Shown piece by piece: positions 41,346 through 51,840 of a DNA stretch of 64,000 bases. The DNA comes from an uncultured Methylomirabilota bacterium (GTDB lineage Bacteria > Methylomirabilota > Methylomirabilia > Methylomirabilales > 2-02-FULL-66-22). The stretch lies in contig CAWJSJ010000001.1 of assembly GCA_963845565.1 (NCBI GenBank), positions 992,001 through 1,056,000 on the forward strand, read 5' to 3'. The notes below the pieces were generated by a model, which ran no database searches, was not told where the DNA came from, and was given only the letters and a program-made list of their open reading frames with translations. The position numbers and the translations under genes are program-made. The first letter of the stretch is position 1; each line of letters begins with the position of its first letter.

Positions 41346-41532
41346 GTCCGCGCGCCCCGCGTCGGTCACTTCCGCCACAGAGTCCCAGCCAATCCCCTAC
41401 CTGGTGCCACACACAGGCAGATACAGACCGTATCTCTTTCCATACACTTCCCACGCGTGACGGTGAGGGGCCCGATTGGACCTACCCGAGACATTCCCGA
41501 TAGTTATCGGACCCACCGACTGCGTCGATGAT

Positions 41533-41548
41533 CGGCACGCGTCCTGCT
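41533..41548 (+). promoter_or_regulatory. sigma54 (-24/-12) promoter
   Basis: cGGCACGcgtcCTGCt gives GG-N10-GC, about 67 bp upstream of ATG 41615. Confidence 0.6.
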
Positions 41549-41614
41549 CTCCCCTCATGGCAGGTAATCCTGCGAACGCCGCACCGGGTGCGAAGACCCG
41601 AGGAGGAAGCAGCC

Positions 41615-42109
41615 ATGAAGCTCGCAACTGTCGGTCTGGCCACCATCCTGGCGCTCATCGGCCTCGTTCTTGTTCTGACGGCCCTCGGTCCAGCGCAACC
41701 GGTTCTTTCCCCCGACACCCGTGTCGCTCAGCCGGCCAAAAACGTCCCGCCCGAGGTGGCGAGTCTCGCCGGCGTCTGGGAAGGCGCGCGAGGTCAAGTC
41801 TTCCCGAGCCGTATCGTGGTGGAGAAGGTCCATCCGGAGTGGGCCAACATCCTCTACGCGTGGGAGGACGATCCAAACGGACGGTTCCAGGCGGGATGGG
41901 TCCGGACGCGCGCCAAGGTTCTTCCGGGCGGCAAGCTGCACTGGCGGCATCCGGGCGATTTCACGTTCGAACTGTCCGAGGATTACACCGCACTCGTGGG
42001 CAAGAAGGACCAAGCGGGCCGGACCATCACGTTCGTGCTGCATCGCAGCGGACCGCTCCTCGCCTCGGTCAGCGCGGACCGCTTGCCCCTGCCCGGCTCG
42101 CCGGAATGA
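41615..42109 (+). CDS. Small secreted or membrane-anchored hypothetical protein
   Basis: RBS GAGGAGG; signal-like MKLATVGLATILALIGLVLVLTALGPA; beta-strand-rich remainder. Confidence 0.8.
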   Translation: MKLATVGLATILALIGLVLVLTALGPAQPVLSPDTRVAQPAKNVPPEVASLAGVWEGARGQVFPSRIVVEKVHPEWANILYAWEDDPNGRFQAGWVRTRAKVLPGGKLHWRHPGDFTFELSEDYTALVGKKDQAGRTITFVLHRSGPLLASVSADRLPLPGSPE

Positions 42110-42347
42110 CCCACCACACGGGATCCGGGCCGTGACCGGGCGTGTCCCCGGCCCGGGTCCCTGCGTGTCGTCTTGCGCCACCCACCGCGCCCCCGCACAT
42201 CCGGAACCACACACAATCTCCGTCCCGGCACTTGACACGGCGTGCGGTCCGCATATCGTAGCGGGGCGAACTCCGGCGGGCGACAACCCTCCGGGGACCC
42301 CGGTGTGATCATCCCCGGCACCACGCACCCCACAGAAAGGAAACGTC

Positions 42348-43454
42348 ATGACCAGACTCGAGGAGATCCGAGAAAAGGAAGCGCGCCTGCGGGGACTGAT
42401 GAAGACCAAAGGGCTGGCCGCGGTGCTCCTCAAGCGCCAGGCGAACTTTTCTTGGTTGACCGCCGGCGGGATCAACCTCATCGGCATCGCCACCGAGATG
42501 GGCGGCACGTCCATCCTGGTCACCGAGGACGCCAAGTTTGTCCTCACCACCAACGTCGAGGCCCCGCGCATGATCGAGGAGGAAGGGGTCGAGACACTCG
42601 GGTTCCAGGTCAAGACCTTCAACTGGTGGGATGATCAGGAGGCGGCCATCGTCACGGAACTCGCCGGCGGCGCGCCGGTGGGTTGCGATGTCCCGTTCCC
42701 GAACAGCGCTGCCGTGAACGAGGATGTGGTCCGCCTTCGCTACTCCCTCACCCCCAGCGAGATCGAGCGCTACCGCTGGCTGGGCGAGAAAACCTCCCGT
42801 GCCGCCGAGCAGATCCTGATGGAGACCCGGCAGGGGGAGAAGGAGTGCGCGGTCATCGGCCGACTTTCGGCCGAACTCTGGAAGGACCGGATCGACCCGA
42901 TCGGGGTCATGGGCGCGGCCGACGACCGCATCCGGCGCTTCCGCCACAGCATCCCGATGGAACAACCCATTGACCGGATCTTCATGCTCTCGGTGAACGC
43001 CCGCAAGGGCGGCCTGGTCGTGTGCCTCACCCGCTTCGTCCACTTCGGGACGCTGTCGGATGCTCTGCGCAGACAGTACGAGGCCACCGTGTACGTGGAC
43101 TGCACGCTGATGGCCAACACCCGCCCGGGGACCCCCGCGAAGGAGGTGTTCCAGAAGGCCATCGCAGCCTACGCCGAGAAGGGCTACCCCGCGGAATGGA
43201 AGCTCCACCACCAGGGCGGCCCCATCGGGTATCAACCGCGTGACTATCGGGCCCATTTCACCACGCCGGACGTCATTGCCCCGAATCAGCCGTTCTGCTG
43301 GAACCCGTCCATCACCGGGACCAAGTCCGAGGACACGATCCTGGCCACGGTGGATGGCCCCGAGCCGATCACGCGACCCATCCTCTTCCCCACGCTGACC
43401 ATGGAGGTGGGCGGGATGCGGTTCACGCGGCCGGCGATTCTGGAGAAGGGGTAG
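42348..43454 (+). CDS. M24 (pita-bread fold) peptidase/creatinase-like protein
   Basis: ANFSWLTAGG, RLRYSLTPSEI, LTRFVHFG, HHQGGPIGY, WNPSITGTKSEDTIL; RBS AAAGGA. Confidence 0.85.
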   Translation: MTRLEEIREKEARLRGLMKTKGLAAVLLKRQANFSWLTAGGINLIGIATEMGGTSILVTEDAKFVLTTNVEAPRMIEEEGVETLGFQVKTFNWWDDQEAAIVTELAGGAPVGCDVPFPNSAAVNEDVVRLRYSLTPSEIERYRWLGEKTSRAAEQILMETRQGEKECAVIGRLSAELWKDRIDPIGVMGAADDRIRRFRHSIPMEQPIDRIFMLSVNARKGGLVVCLTRFVHFGTLSDALRRQYEATVYVDCTLMANTRPGTPAKEVFQKAIAAYAEKGYPAEWKLHHQGGPIGYQPRDYRAHFTTPDVIAPNQPFCWNPSITGTKSEDTILATVDGPEPITRPILFPTLTMEVGGMRFTRPAILEKG

Positions 43455-43628
43455 GCGAGCGGGCAGCGGGCAGTAACAGCGGTCAGCGGGCAGTCGAGGA
43501 GTGAAGAGGGCGCTGAACAGCCTCAGCCGGAAGAGGGCGATCCGAACGTCGAGCTCGGCGCGGCGTACCGGATCCATCGGGTGATCCTTCGACAGGGGAG
43601 AGGAAAAACCTGGCGGCGAACGAAGCGG

Positions 43629-44567
43629 CTACAATCCAAGTTTCCGCAGCACCTCTTCAACCGCGGTATAGGGGTCGGTTTCCCGCGCGGCGATCCGGTC
43701 GACCAGGGGGTCCAGTCCGGCGCCACGCGACAGGCTGTCCAACGCGCGTGCCGTCAACCGCTCCTGGAGGAGCCCTCGAAATACCCACCGCGTCCGCTCG
43801 CGGCCCTTGCGGCGATGCCCCTCCTCCTCGAAGAGGAACTCGCGGTGCCCCAGGATGCCCTGCGTCAGGGCGTCGATCCCCTCCCCCCGGGACGCCACGG
43901 TCTTGAAGATCTTGGGACGCCAGCCGTCGTCCGACTCCCCGTGCTCCAGCATCATCTCGATTTCGAGAACGGTCCGGTCGGCCCCGTCCCGATCGGCCTT
44001 GTTCACCACGAAGACGTCCCCGATCTCCATGATCCCGGCCTTGATCACCTGGATCTCGTCGCCCAAGCCCGGCACCGCAACGACGATGGTCGTGTGGGCC
44101 GTCCGGACGATCTCGATCTCGGCTTGCCCCACGCCCACCGTCTCGATGAGGATATATTCCTTCCCCATCGCGTCCAGCACGTCCACCACGTCGTTCGTCG
44201 AGCGCGACAGGCCGCCCAGGTGCCCCCGGGTCGCCATGCTGCGGATGAAGACCCCCTCGTCCAGGCTGTGCCGCTGCATCCGGATGCGATCGCCCAGGAT
44301 CGCCCCGCCGGTGAAGGGGCTGGTCGGGTCCACCGCGATGATTCCCACCGTCTTGCCCAACTGGCGGAGCTCGGCGGTAATACGATCCGTGAGCGTACTC
44401 TTCCCCGAGCCGGGCGGACCCGTGATGCCGATCACGTAACCGCGGCCCGTGTGAGGATAGATCGCCTTGAGCGCCGCCACCGCCTCCGCGGTCCCGTTCT
44501 CGACCATGGTGATCAAGCGGGCGGCCGCGCGCGGATCGCCGTGCAGGATGCGTTCGATCAATTCCAT
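43629..44567 (-). CDS. meaB: MeaB/ArgK GTPase chaperone of B12-dependent mutases
   Basis: GITGPPGSGKST, AVDPTSPFTGGAILGDRIRM, IETVGVGQ, NKAD. Confidence 0.95.
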   Translation of the reverse strand: MELIERILHGDPRAAARLITMVENGTAEAVAALKAIYPHTGRGYVIGITGPPGSGKSTLTDRITAELRQLGKTVGIIAVDPTSPFTGGAILGDRIRMQRHSLDEGVFIRSMATRGHLGGLSRSTNDVVDVLDAMGKEYILIETVGVGQAEIEIVRTAHTTIVVAVPGLGDEIQVIKAGIMEIGDVFVVNKADRDGADRTVLEIEMMLEHGESDDGWRPKIFKTVASRGEGIDALTQGILGHREFLFEEEGHRRKGRERTRWVFRGLLQERLTARALDSLSRGAGLDPLVDRIAARETDPYTAVEEVLRKLGL

Positions 44568-44696
44568 CAGCTCGACTCGCTCGTCAGGGTGCAAGATTTA
44601 CGGGTCAAGGTACCACGGACGAAAACGACCCGTCCACGACAAACCGCCCCGTTCTCCTGTCCTGGTCGTTCGCAGAGATGCGACCATCGCCTGCCG

Positions 44697-44735
44697 AAAA
44701 AAAGAACCGGGAGGCGATACCTCCCGCCTCCCGGT
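44697..44735 (-). terminator. Intrinsic terminator after the TRAP operon
   Basis: A7 then accgggaggcg...cgcctcccggt. Confidence 0.7.
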
Positions 44736-44760
44736 CGCGTCGCCGCCAATATCGAACGCG

Positions 44761-46064
44761 TCAGATGAACTTCGGCATGATCAGTTTCGGGATGAACAGC
44801 ACCGTCTGCGGGAAGAGAATCACCAGGAGCAACGCGATGAGCATCGGGAACAGAATGATCAGCACATCCTTGAGTACATGCCCCACCGTGGTCCGGGCGA
44901 TGGCCACGTCGATCAGGAGGCATAGCCCGTACGGAGGGGTGACCAGGCCGAAGGCCAGCGAGATGACCCCGATGATCCCGAAGTGGACCGGATGCATGCC
45001 CACACTCTGCGCCAGCGGCGCCAGGAGCGGCGCGATGATGATGATCGCCGGGACCGCGTCGATGAAGCAGCCGATGAAGAGGAACGCCGCCGCCTCGATG
45101 AGGCCCACGCTGGTGATCCCCACCCCGTACTGCGAGAGGGTCGCCACCACCAGTCTTGGGGAGCTGATAGTACGCCATCACCCACCCAAACGCCGACGCC
45201 GTCCCGATGCAGAACAGGGAAATCGAAGCCAGACGGGTGGTGTTGTACAGAACGTCCTTGATCTCCTTGATGCCCATCGAGCGGTGAATCGCCAACCCGA
45301 CTCCGAACGAATAGAGCACCGCGACCACGGCCGCTTCGGTCGGCGTGACAAACCCGCCCACCACGCCGCCGATGATGATGATCGGGGTCATCAGGGCTGC
45401 CAGGGCGCGCCCACAGGGATCGACCGAATTCCTTCAGCGTCGCCCGGGCATAGACCGGGTAGTTGCGCCGCTTGGCGTAGAAGTAGACCGCGGCCATCTG
45501 CGAGAGCCCCACCATGATGCCGGGAATGAAGCCGCCCAGAAACAGTGCCCCGACGGAGGCGTACAGGACGCCGCCCCAGACGATCATGAGGATGCTCGGC
45601 GGGATGATGACGCCGATGACCGACGAACAGGCCGTGATCGCCACGGTGAAGGAGGTGTCGTAGCCCTGCTTCTTCATCGCCGGAATGATGAGGGAGCCTT
45701 CGCCGGCGGCATCGGCCGTGGAGGAACCGGAGATCCCGGCAAAGATCATGCTGACGACGACGTTGATGTACGCCAGGCCGCCACGGAATTGCCCCACCAG
45801 GCAGTGGGTCAGGTCCACCAGCCGATCGGTGATCCCCGCCGAGTTCATGATGTTGGCGGACAGCAGGAAGAACGGCACCGCCAGCAGGATGAAGGCGTTG
45901 TACGCCTTGGTCATCTCCCCCATCATGAGGACGGGGGTGAGCCGCGGGTTGAACGCCATGATGGGGAGGCAGGCCAGCCCCAGCGCAAAGGCCACCGGGA
46001 CCCGGAGAATGATCAGAACCCCGAAGGTGCCGAAGAGGATGAGCGCGACTTCACCGGGCGACAT
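44761..46064 (-). pseudogene. dctM: TRAP transporter large permease DctM, two apparent frameshifts (about 45405 and 45155)
   Basis: LLAVPFF, FAGISGSSTAD, IIPPSI | TPTEAA | GMHPVHFG, VTPPYG spread over three frames. Confidence 0.85.
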
Positions 46065-46590
46065 TGTGATCCCCCCGCAGGTGGGCGAGGGCATTCTGGT
46101 CGCCCCGCCACACCCGAATGGCGTACCAGATCCGTTCGCCGATGAACAAGGTCCAGATCACCCCGACCACCAGATAGACCCCATGAATGAAGACCATGTT
46201 GATGCCGGTCAGCTCCGAGGTCTGGATCCAGCCGAAGGCGGCATACTGCCACCCGTAGATCACGAAGACCCAGGTGAAGATCAGCATGAAGCCGTACACC
46301 CAGAGGCGCATGATGGCTTCCATCTTGGGGTTCTTCGGCGTCGGCAGGACGTCCACCTCGAAGTGCGTCCCGTCCCGCACCGCGATGGTCGCTCCCACCA
46401 TGATGATCCAGATGAAGCAGAAACGGGCCGCCTCCTCCGTCCAGATCTACCGCGGGATCAGGCCGGTGTACCGGGAGAGGATCTGGAGCGTCACCGGAAC
46501 GATCAGGAGTCCCATGAGGACCCAGGCAAGCAACTGGAACCCTCGATATATGACGTCGAGGATACGCGAAAATGCCGGTCGGTCGTGCAT
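46051..46590 (-). pseudogene. dctQ: TRAP small permease DctQ with in-frame TAG at 46447-46449
   Basis: MHDRPAFSRILD...LQILSRYTGLIPR*IWTEEAARFCFIW...VRDGTHFEVD. Confidence 0.85.
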
Positions 46591-46651
46591 GCACGCTCCC
46601 ACATCGCCGTCCCGCCAAACGGGCGTCCGGTGGCGCGGCGCGAATCCAGAA

Positions 46652-46687
46652 CGAACCGGCTCCCCGAAGACCCGGGGAGCCGGTTCG
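46652..46687. other. Strong stem-loop between dctP and dctQ
   Basis: cgaaccggctccccg / cggggagccggttcg, 15-bp perfect stem. Confidence 0.6.
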
Positions 46688-46716
46688 CCACACGATTGGT
46701 CCGAACCTAGAGCCGA

Positions 46717-47719
46717 CTACTTCACCGCGTTGATGTTGGCCAGCACCTTCTCGGCGCCGATTTCCTTGGCGAATGCCTCTTTCACCGGAGCGGCCAGCTC
46801 CAGGAGCTTGGCGCGGTCCGTGAATCGACGATGCGTGATCTTCTTCTCGGCCTTCATCTGGTTCAGGATCTTGTCGTCCGCGTCCCGCTCCCACGTGCGG
46901 CCGTGGGCGGCGCCGTCGTCGCCCGCCTTGACGACGCGTCCTGGAGGTCGTCCGGCAGCTTCTTGAACGTCTTCCCGCTGAAGCAGAGCGGCCGGATGGT
47001 GATGGCGTGCTGGGTGAGGGAGATGTCGGGCGCCACCTCGTGCCACTTCATCTGGGACCAGCCCGGGGTCTCGTTCTCGCCCGCCATGATGACGCCGGTC
47101 TGGACGGCGTTGTACACCTCGTCATAGGCGATGACGGTCGGGGCCGCGGTGATGGCCTGGAACATGTTGGTCTGAATCGGGGCGCCCATGACGCGGATCG
47201 AGAAGTTCTTGAACTCCGCCATGTTGCTCACCGGCTTCTTCCCGACGATGTTCCGGACGCCGCCGCCGGCGTACCCGATCAGCATGACATCGGCCGACTT
47301 CATGAGATCGTCATAGACGGGCTTGAGCGCCTCCCCGGTGGACAGGATCTTGTTCCAGTGGTCGATGTCCCGGAAGAGGAACGGCATGTCCATGATGGTG
47401 GTCATCTTGGAGAAGGTGGCGGCATGTGCGACGGGGCGAACACGGCGTAATCCACCGACAGGCCCTGGCTCATGTAGTTGACGTAATCCTTCTCCAGGCC
47501 CAGCTCCCGGTTCCGGTGCAGCATGAACTTGATCGGCTTCCCGTAGCACTTCTTGACCTCTTCCTCGAACTTGAGCATGGTCTGGTTGTACGAGTGGGTG
47601 TCATCGAACTGGCTGGCACCCTTCAGCGCGATGGTCTGCGCCAGCGCAGGCATCGCGGGAACCGCGAGCGCCACACCCAGCGCCACAGCAAGGACGAACC
47701 GCACAGTCTTCCGAGTCAT
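46717..47719 (-). pseudogene. dctP: TRAP solute-binding protein DctP, two apparent frameshifts (about 47420 and 46938)
   Basis: Signal peptide, DMPFLFRD, IRVM, EVYNAVQTGVI, SLTQH, FKKLPDDLQ spread over three frames. Confidence 0.85.
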
Positions 47720-48047
47720 GTCCTCTTCCTCCTGTCAACGGGTTTCGGCGGGACCCTCACCGGCGCGACCGTTGCCGCGCCCGGGCGTCCCCTCGTCTCA
47801 CTACCACACGGCCATTCGCCCGGCGCACCCCGCTGCGGCGAGGCGTTACCGTCAACTCGTTCAAAGTTGTGGAGAACCAGAAGTCACGAACGGTAGGCCC
47901 GACGCGTTCACGACGCCCGGGAGTCTTCGCAACCGGTCAGCGCCGTCGGGCCATATTTTTCCCACAGCCCCGCGCCACCGTCAAGAGGAATCCCCGTCCC
48001 GGCGCGCCGGGCGCACAACTCGAACCGCCCACGGCCGCAGCCGCCGA

Positions 48048-48452
48048 TCAGTTCCGCAGCAGGTGCCCGCGCACGAACGTGACGGCATCCTGGGTCTTGG
48101 CCCCGGGGGTGAACACCTCCGCGATGCCGCACTGCTTGAGTTTCGGGATGTCCTGGTCCGGGATCGTCCCGCCGCCAAAGACGACGATGTCGTCAACCCC
48201 GCGCGCCTTGAGCAACTCCATCACCTTCGGGAAGAGGTGCATGTGCGCGCCGGACAAGCAGCTCATACCGATGGCATCCACGTCTTCCTGGATCGCGGCG
48301 CTGACGATCATCTCGGGCGTCTGTCGCAGGCCGGTGTAGATCACCTCCATGCCGGCGTCGCGGAAGGCGCGGGCCACCACCTTGGCCCCCCGATCGTGTC
48401 CGTCCAGGCCCGGTTTTGCGATTAAGACGCGAATCTTCCGTGCCTCATTCAT
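48048..48452 (-). CDS. Cobalamin-binding small subunit of an acyl-CoA mutase
   Basis: [32 protein letters not shown]. Confidence 0.93.
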   Translation of the reverse strand: MNEARKIRVLIAKPGLDGHDRGAKVVARAFRDAGMEVIYTGLRQTPEMIVSAAIQEDVDAIGMSCLSGAHMHLFPKVMELLKARGVDDIVVFGGGTIPDQDIPKLKQCGIAEVFTPGAKTQDAVTFVRGHLLRN

Positions 48453-48529
48453 GACGTTCGTCTCTCCCGTCGCAGCCGCGCCGGCCGCGGGCTGCAGCCG
48501 ACCCCGACACGCGTCTCAAGTCCCCGCGG

Positions 48530-50503
48530 TCACAGGGATTTAGCCACCAGCTCCGCCAGATCCAGGGCGCGCACCTGTTCCGTGGCGTCCTTGGCGCGAA
48601 TCCCATCCTCGAACATGCTGAGGCAGAACGGACAGCCCGTCGCCACCACGTCCGGACGAAGGCGCAGGGCCTCTTCCGTCCGCTCGATGTTCACCCGCTT
48701 GCCGGTCCGTTCTTCCGCCCACATCATCCCGCCGCCGGCTCCACAGCAGAACCCCTGCTCGCCATGGCGCGGGAACTCGACCGCCCGCACCCCCGGGATC
48801 GCCTTCAGGACGTCCCGCGGCGGGTCGTAGAGTCCATTGTGGCGCCCAAGATAGCACGAATCATGATATGCAACACGCGTTTCCACCGGCCTGGCCGGCT
48901 GGAGGCGCCCTTGTACGAACAACTCTCGGATGAACTGGCTGTGGTGGACAACCTCATACTGCCCCCCGAAGGCCGGATACTCGTGCCGGAGGGTGTTGAA
49001 GCAGTGCGGACACGCCGTGAGAATCTTCCGCACGCCGTACCGCCCCAGCGTCTCGATGTTCGCCTGCGCCTGCATCTGGAAGAGGAACTCGTGGCCGATC
49101 CGCCGCGCCACATCCCCCGTGCACCGCTCCTCGTCTCCCAGGATGGCAAAGTCCACCCCAGCCGCCTTCAGGATCGTGGCGAACGCGCGCGCCACCTTCT
49201 GGGTCCGCTCGTCGAAGGCGGCGGCACAACCCACCCAGTACAGGTACTCGGCCTGTCCCTTGTCGGCCAGGACCGGGACGTCCAGTCCCTTGGCCCACTC
49301 GGTCCGGCCGGGCACCGCACCTTGATACGGGTGTCCGCGGTTCTCCAGACCGCGCAGGGCGGCTTGCATCGTCTCCGGGAACCGGGCCTCCTCCATCACC
49401 AGGTAGCGCCGCATGTCCACGATCTTGGGGATCGGCTCGATGAAGACCGGGCAGGCCTGGTGGCATCCCCCGCAGGTCGTGCAGGCCCAGAGCGCGTCCT
49501 CGGCGATCACGCCCCCCACCATCGCCGTACCCCCGGATCGGCCCCGCACTTCGGCCACAAGGTGATCCCGGAGGTCCAGGATGACTCCCTTGGGCGTGAG
49601 CGGCTTCCCCGTGGCCCAGGCGGGGCACGCGTCCTGGCACCGGCCGCACTCCGTGCAGGCCACCAGATCCAGGAGATCCTTCCGTGCGAACCCCCGGATC
49701 GCGGAGATTCCGAAATGCTCTGCCGTGTCCAGGGCGACCGGTTGGATCACGCCCGAGGGAGTCGTGCGACGGAGCGCGATGTTGGTTGGTGCGGCCAGGA
49801 TGTGGCGGATCAGCGTGAAGGGCAGCGCCGCGATGAATCCGAACGCCAGGAGCGCATGCCCCCACCAGAGCGCCCGGTGCAACCCCGCCTGCTGAATCCC
49901 GTAGAGTCCCGCGAACGGCCGCGCGGCCAGCCACCCGCCGGGCGACCAGAGTCCCCACGGATCCCGGGTATGCAGGATGCGCAACCCCTCGACCAGAAAT
50001 CCACTCACCAAGACCGCCAGGAGGAGCCAGAGAAACAGGGCGTACCCTTCCGTCTCCCGCGGCTTCCACAGGCGCGCCGGGCGGGCGAGATAGCGCCGGG
50101 CCAGCACCGCGATCACCGCCACGGTGGCTGCCACGCCGCAGACGTCCACCACGAGCGACATGAAGACCAGGTAGAACCAGCCCCGGAGGACGGGAAGGCC
50201 CAGGTAGTCCTGCAGCGCCACCAGGCAGGTCGCCATGAACAGGACGCCGAAGCCCCAGGAGATCCCGACATGCAGGCTTCCGGCGACCGGCTGTGCAAGC
50301 AATCGCCGCTGGAGCACCGCCTGATCGAGGAGGGCGCGCAACTGCTTGCGAAGCGTCGGGATGCTGCCGTCCGCCTGCCCCGCTCTCACGAGCTGGATCA
50401 CCCGGTAACAGCCGTAGACGAGGATGGCCGCGCACGGGAGAAACAGCGGATAGATCAGCCAGTGCGATGGGATATTCCAGTAGAGTTCTCGGAACGGCAC
50501 CAT
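48530..50503 (-). CDS. Membrane Fe-S oxidoreductase, FadF-like (cytochrome b-like TM region, 2x[4Fe-4S], two CCG domains)
   Basis: [50 protein letters not shown]. Confidence 0.9.
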   Translation of the reverse strand: MVPFRELYWNIPSHWLIYPLFLPCAAILVYGCYRVIQLVRAGQADGSIPTLRKQLRALLDQAVLQRRLLAQPVAGSLHVGISWGFGVLFMATCLVALQDYLGLPVLRGWFYLVFMSLVVDVCGVAATVAVIAVLARRYLARPARLWKPRETEGYALFLWLLLAVLVSGFLVEGLRILHTRDPWGLWSPGGWLAARPFAGLYGIQQAGLHRALWWGHALLAFGFIAALPFTLIRHILAAPTNIALRRTTPSGVIQPVALDTAEHFGISAIRGFARKDLLDLVACTECGRCQDACPAWATGKPLTPKGVILDLRDHLVAEVRGRSGGTAMVGGVIAEDALWACTTCGGCHQACPVFIEPIPKIVDMRRYLVMEEARFPETMQAALRGLENRGHPYQGAVPGRTEWAKGLDVPVLADKGQAEYLYWVGCAAAFDERTQKVARAFATILKAAGVDFAILGDEERCTGDVARRIGHEFLFQMQAQANIETLGRYGVRKILTACPHCFNTLRHEYPAFGGQYEVVHHSQFIRELFVQGRLQPARPVETRVAYHDSCYLGRHNGLYDPPRDVLKAIPGVRAVEFPRHGEQGFCCGAGGGMMWAEERTGKRVNIERTEEALRLRPDVVATGCPFCLSMFEDGIRAKDATEQVRALDLAELVAKSL

Positions 50504-50663
50504 CCGGACCTCGAGACCCGCCGGCATGCGATTCAATGCAAGGGTACGGGAAAGTCCTGTCGTTAGCCCGCATTATTCGCGAACACAACTCGCGAACAAT
50601 GCGGGCTAGTCGTTCGCGGTCTCTCGTTGCCGGCCCGCTTCGGCCTAGCAGGCCGAGGACGGG

Positions 50664-51074
50664 TTATCCGACTTTGACGAATTGTTCCGGCGACACGGCG
50701 CGCGCAGGGAACGCGCGAAGCACCTCCCGATCCTGGGTGACGAGGGGAACATCCAGGGCCTCCGCCAGCGCCACGTACTCGCAATCATATGCTGTGCATC
50801 CCGACTGGGTCGCCAAGGTCAGGACATCGAGAGAGGCGACCAGATATTCCTGGTTCTTGAGGAGAGCCTCCGCATCGGCGAGGACCCCGCACGCGTTGTC
50901 CAGTGTGATCTTGCTCTCGCGGATCATTCGCGCGAGTGCATTCCGGACCTCAGACCTCCAGAGAAAGGGCGCGGCCCAATGGCTGTCGCGCCTGTACACG
51001 GCCTCCGCCCGGTCGGTGAGCGCTCCTCCGCGGACATAGAGGTAGACCAGTTGATTGGCATCCGCGACGATCAT
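50664..51074 (-). CDS. VapC/PIN domain toxin
   Basis: MIVADAN, WRSEVRNAL, TAYDCEYVALA, LVTQD. Confidence 0.9.
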   Translation of the reverse strand: MIVADANQLVYLYVRGGALTDRAEAVYRRDSHWAAPFLWRSEVRNALARMIRESKITLDNACGVLADAEALLKNQEYLVASLDVLTLATQSGCTAYDCEYVALAEALDVPLVTQDREVLRAFPARAVSPEQFVKVG

Positions 51075-51316
51075 AGTCGGCCTTCTCGTTTCGCACGAGT
51101 GACATAGGCCGCCGTGATGGGGCCTCCGCGAGGCGTGACGCGTACCCGTTGGATCTGTGCGAGTCGAGCGTCGGCGTCCACCGGTGTTGCGGGCCGCACT
51201 GCGGCTTCCAGAATGACGATCGCCTCACGATTCACGCTGCGGTTTTGGCGCTCCGCTTGCCGGCGCAGTCGCTCGAGCACAGTGTCCGGCAGGTTCTTCA
51301 GCGTGAGGGTTGCCAT
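51071..51316 (-). CDS. FitA/Arc-like ribbon-helix-helix antitoxin
   Basis: MATLTLKNLPD...LRRQAERQNRSVNRE; ATGA overlap with the toxin. Confidence 0.88.
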   Translation of the reverse strand: MATLTLKNLPDTVLERLRRQAERQNRSVNREAIVILEAAVRPATPVDADARLAQIQRVRVTPRGGPITAAYVTRAKREGRL

Positions 51317-51334
51317 CGTGACCTCCTTGGCGTG

Positions 51335-51362
51335 GGTACCATTATGGAATCATTATGGCACC
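51335..51362. promoter_or_regulatory. Probable toxin-antitoxin autoregulatory operator
   Basis: GGTACCAT-tatggaatcatt-ATGGCACC imperfect palindrome with cattatgg twice. Confidence 0.55.
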
Positions 51363-51477
51363 AACATTCGACCACGTCAAATCGTCGCCCACAGTGTCGT
51401 TTTCGCTGGTGAGTAGGTTCTCGGGGTTGTGATCTTCGAGCGGCCGTTTTCCGGGTGGTTCCGCACACCTGGTGGGG

Positions 51478-51582
51478 TTAGCCGTTGTCAAAGAATAAAG
51501 TGAGCGGAGACATTCCGAAACGGCATAAGGAGCCGTAACGAAATAGAAAGAGATGTCTAGGTTATTTCGTAACGGCTCCTAA
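51478..51582. mobile_element. MITE-like element A, copy 3 (105 bp, opposite orientation)
   Basis: Reverse complement is near-identical to 26433-26537. Confidence 0.82.
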
Positions 51583-51840
51583 GTACACGCGGACATAAAT
51601 TCGATGACGTATACGGTAGCCGCATAAGTCCAGGTCCCCCGGGCCGACCCGAGACGCCGCGCCCGCGAGGCCGGGACTGGGCACCGTCGCCGGTACGGAG
51701 GGCCGCGTCTGAGCGGACCGACCCGGGGTAAGGGCGAGCCGGCATCGACGAGGCGCCAGGCGTCCGAGGGTCGGTCCGGGGGACCGGCGATACGTCACCG
51801 TAATTGCGGGCAGAAGCACTAAGGGGCACGGCGGCCCGTT

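Noticed and set aside
42309..43577. 422-aa minus-strand ORF with an AAGGA upstream
   Set aside because: Almost entirely antisense to the M24-fold gene and has no motifs.
46447..46449. In-frame TAG in dctQ as possible pyrrolysine or recoding
   Set aside because: Neighbouring genes also have frameshifts, TAG is used as a normal stop elsewhere in the window, and no pyl genes are visible.
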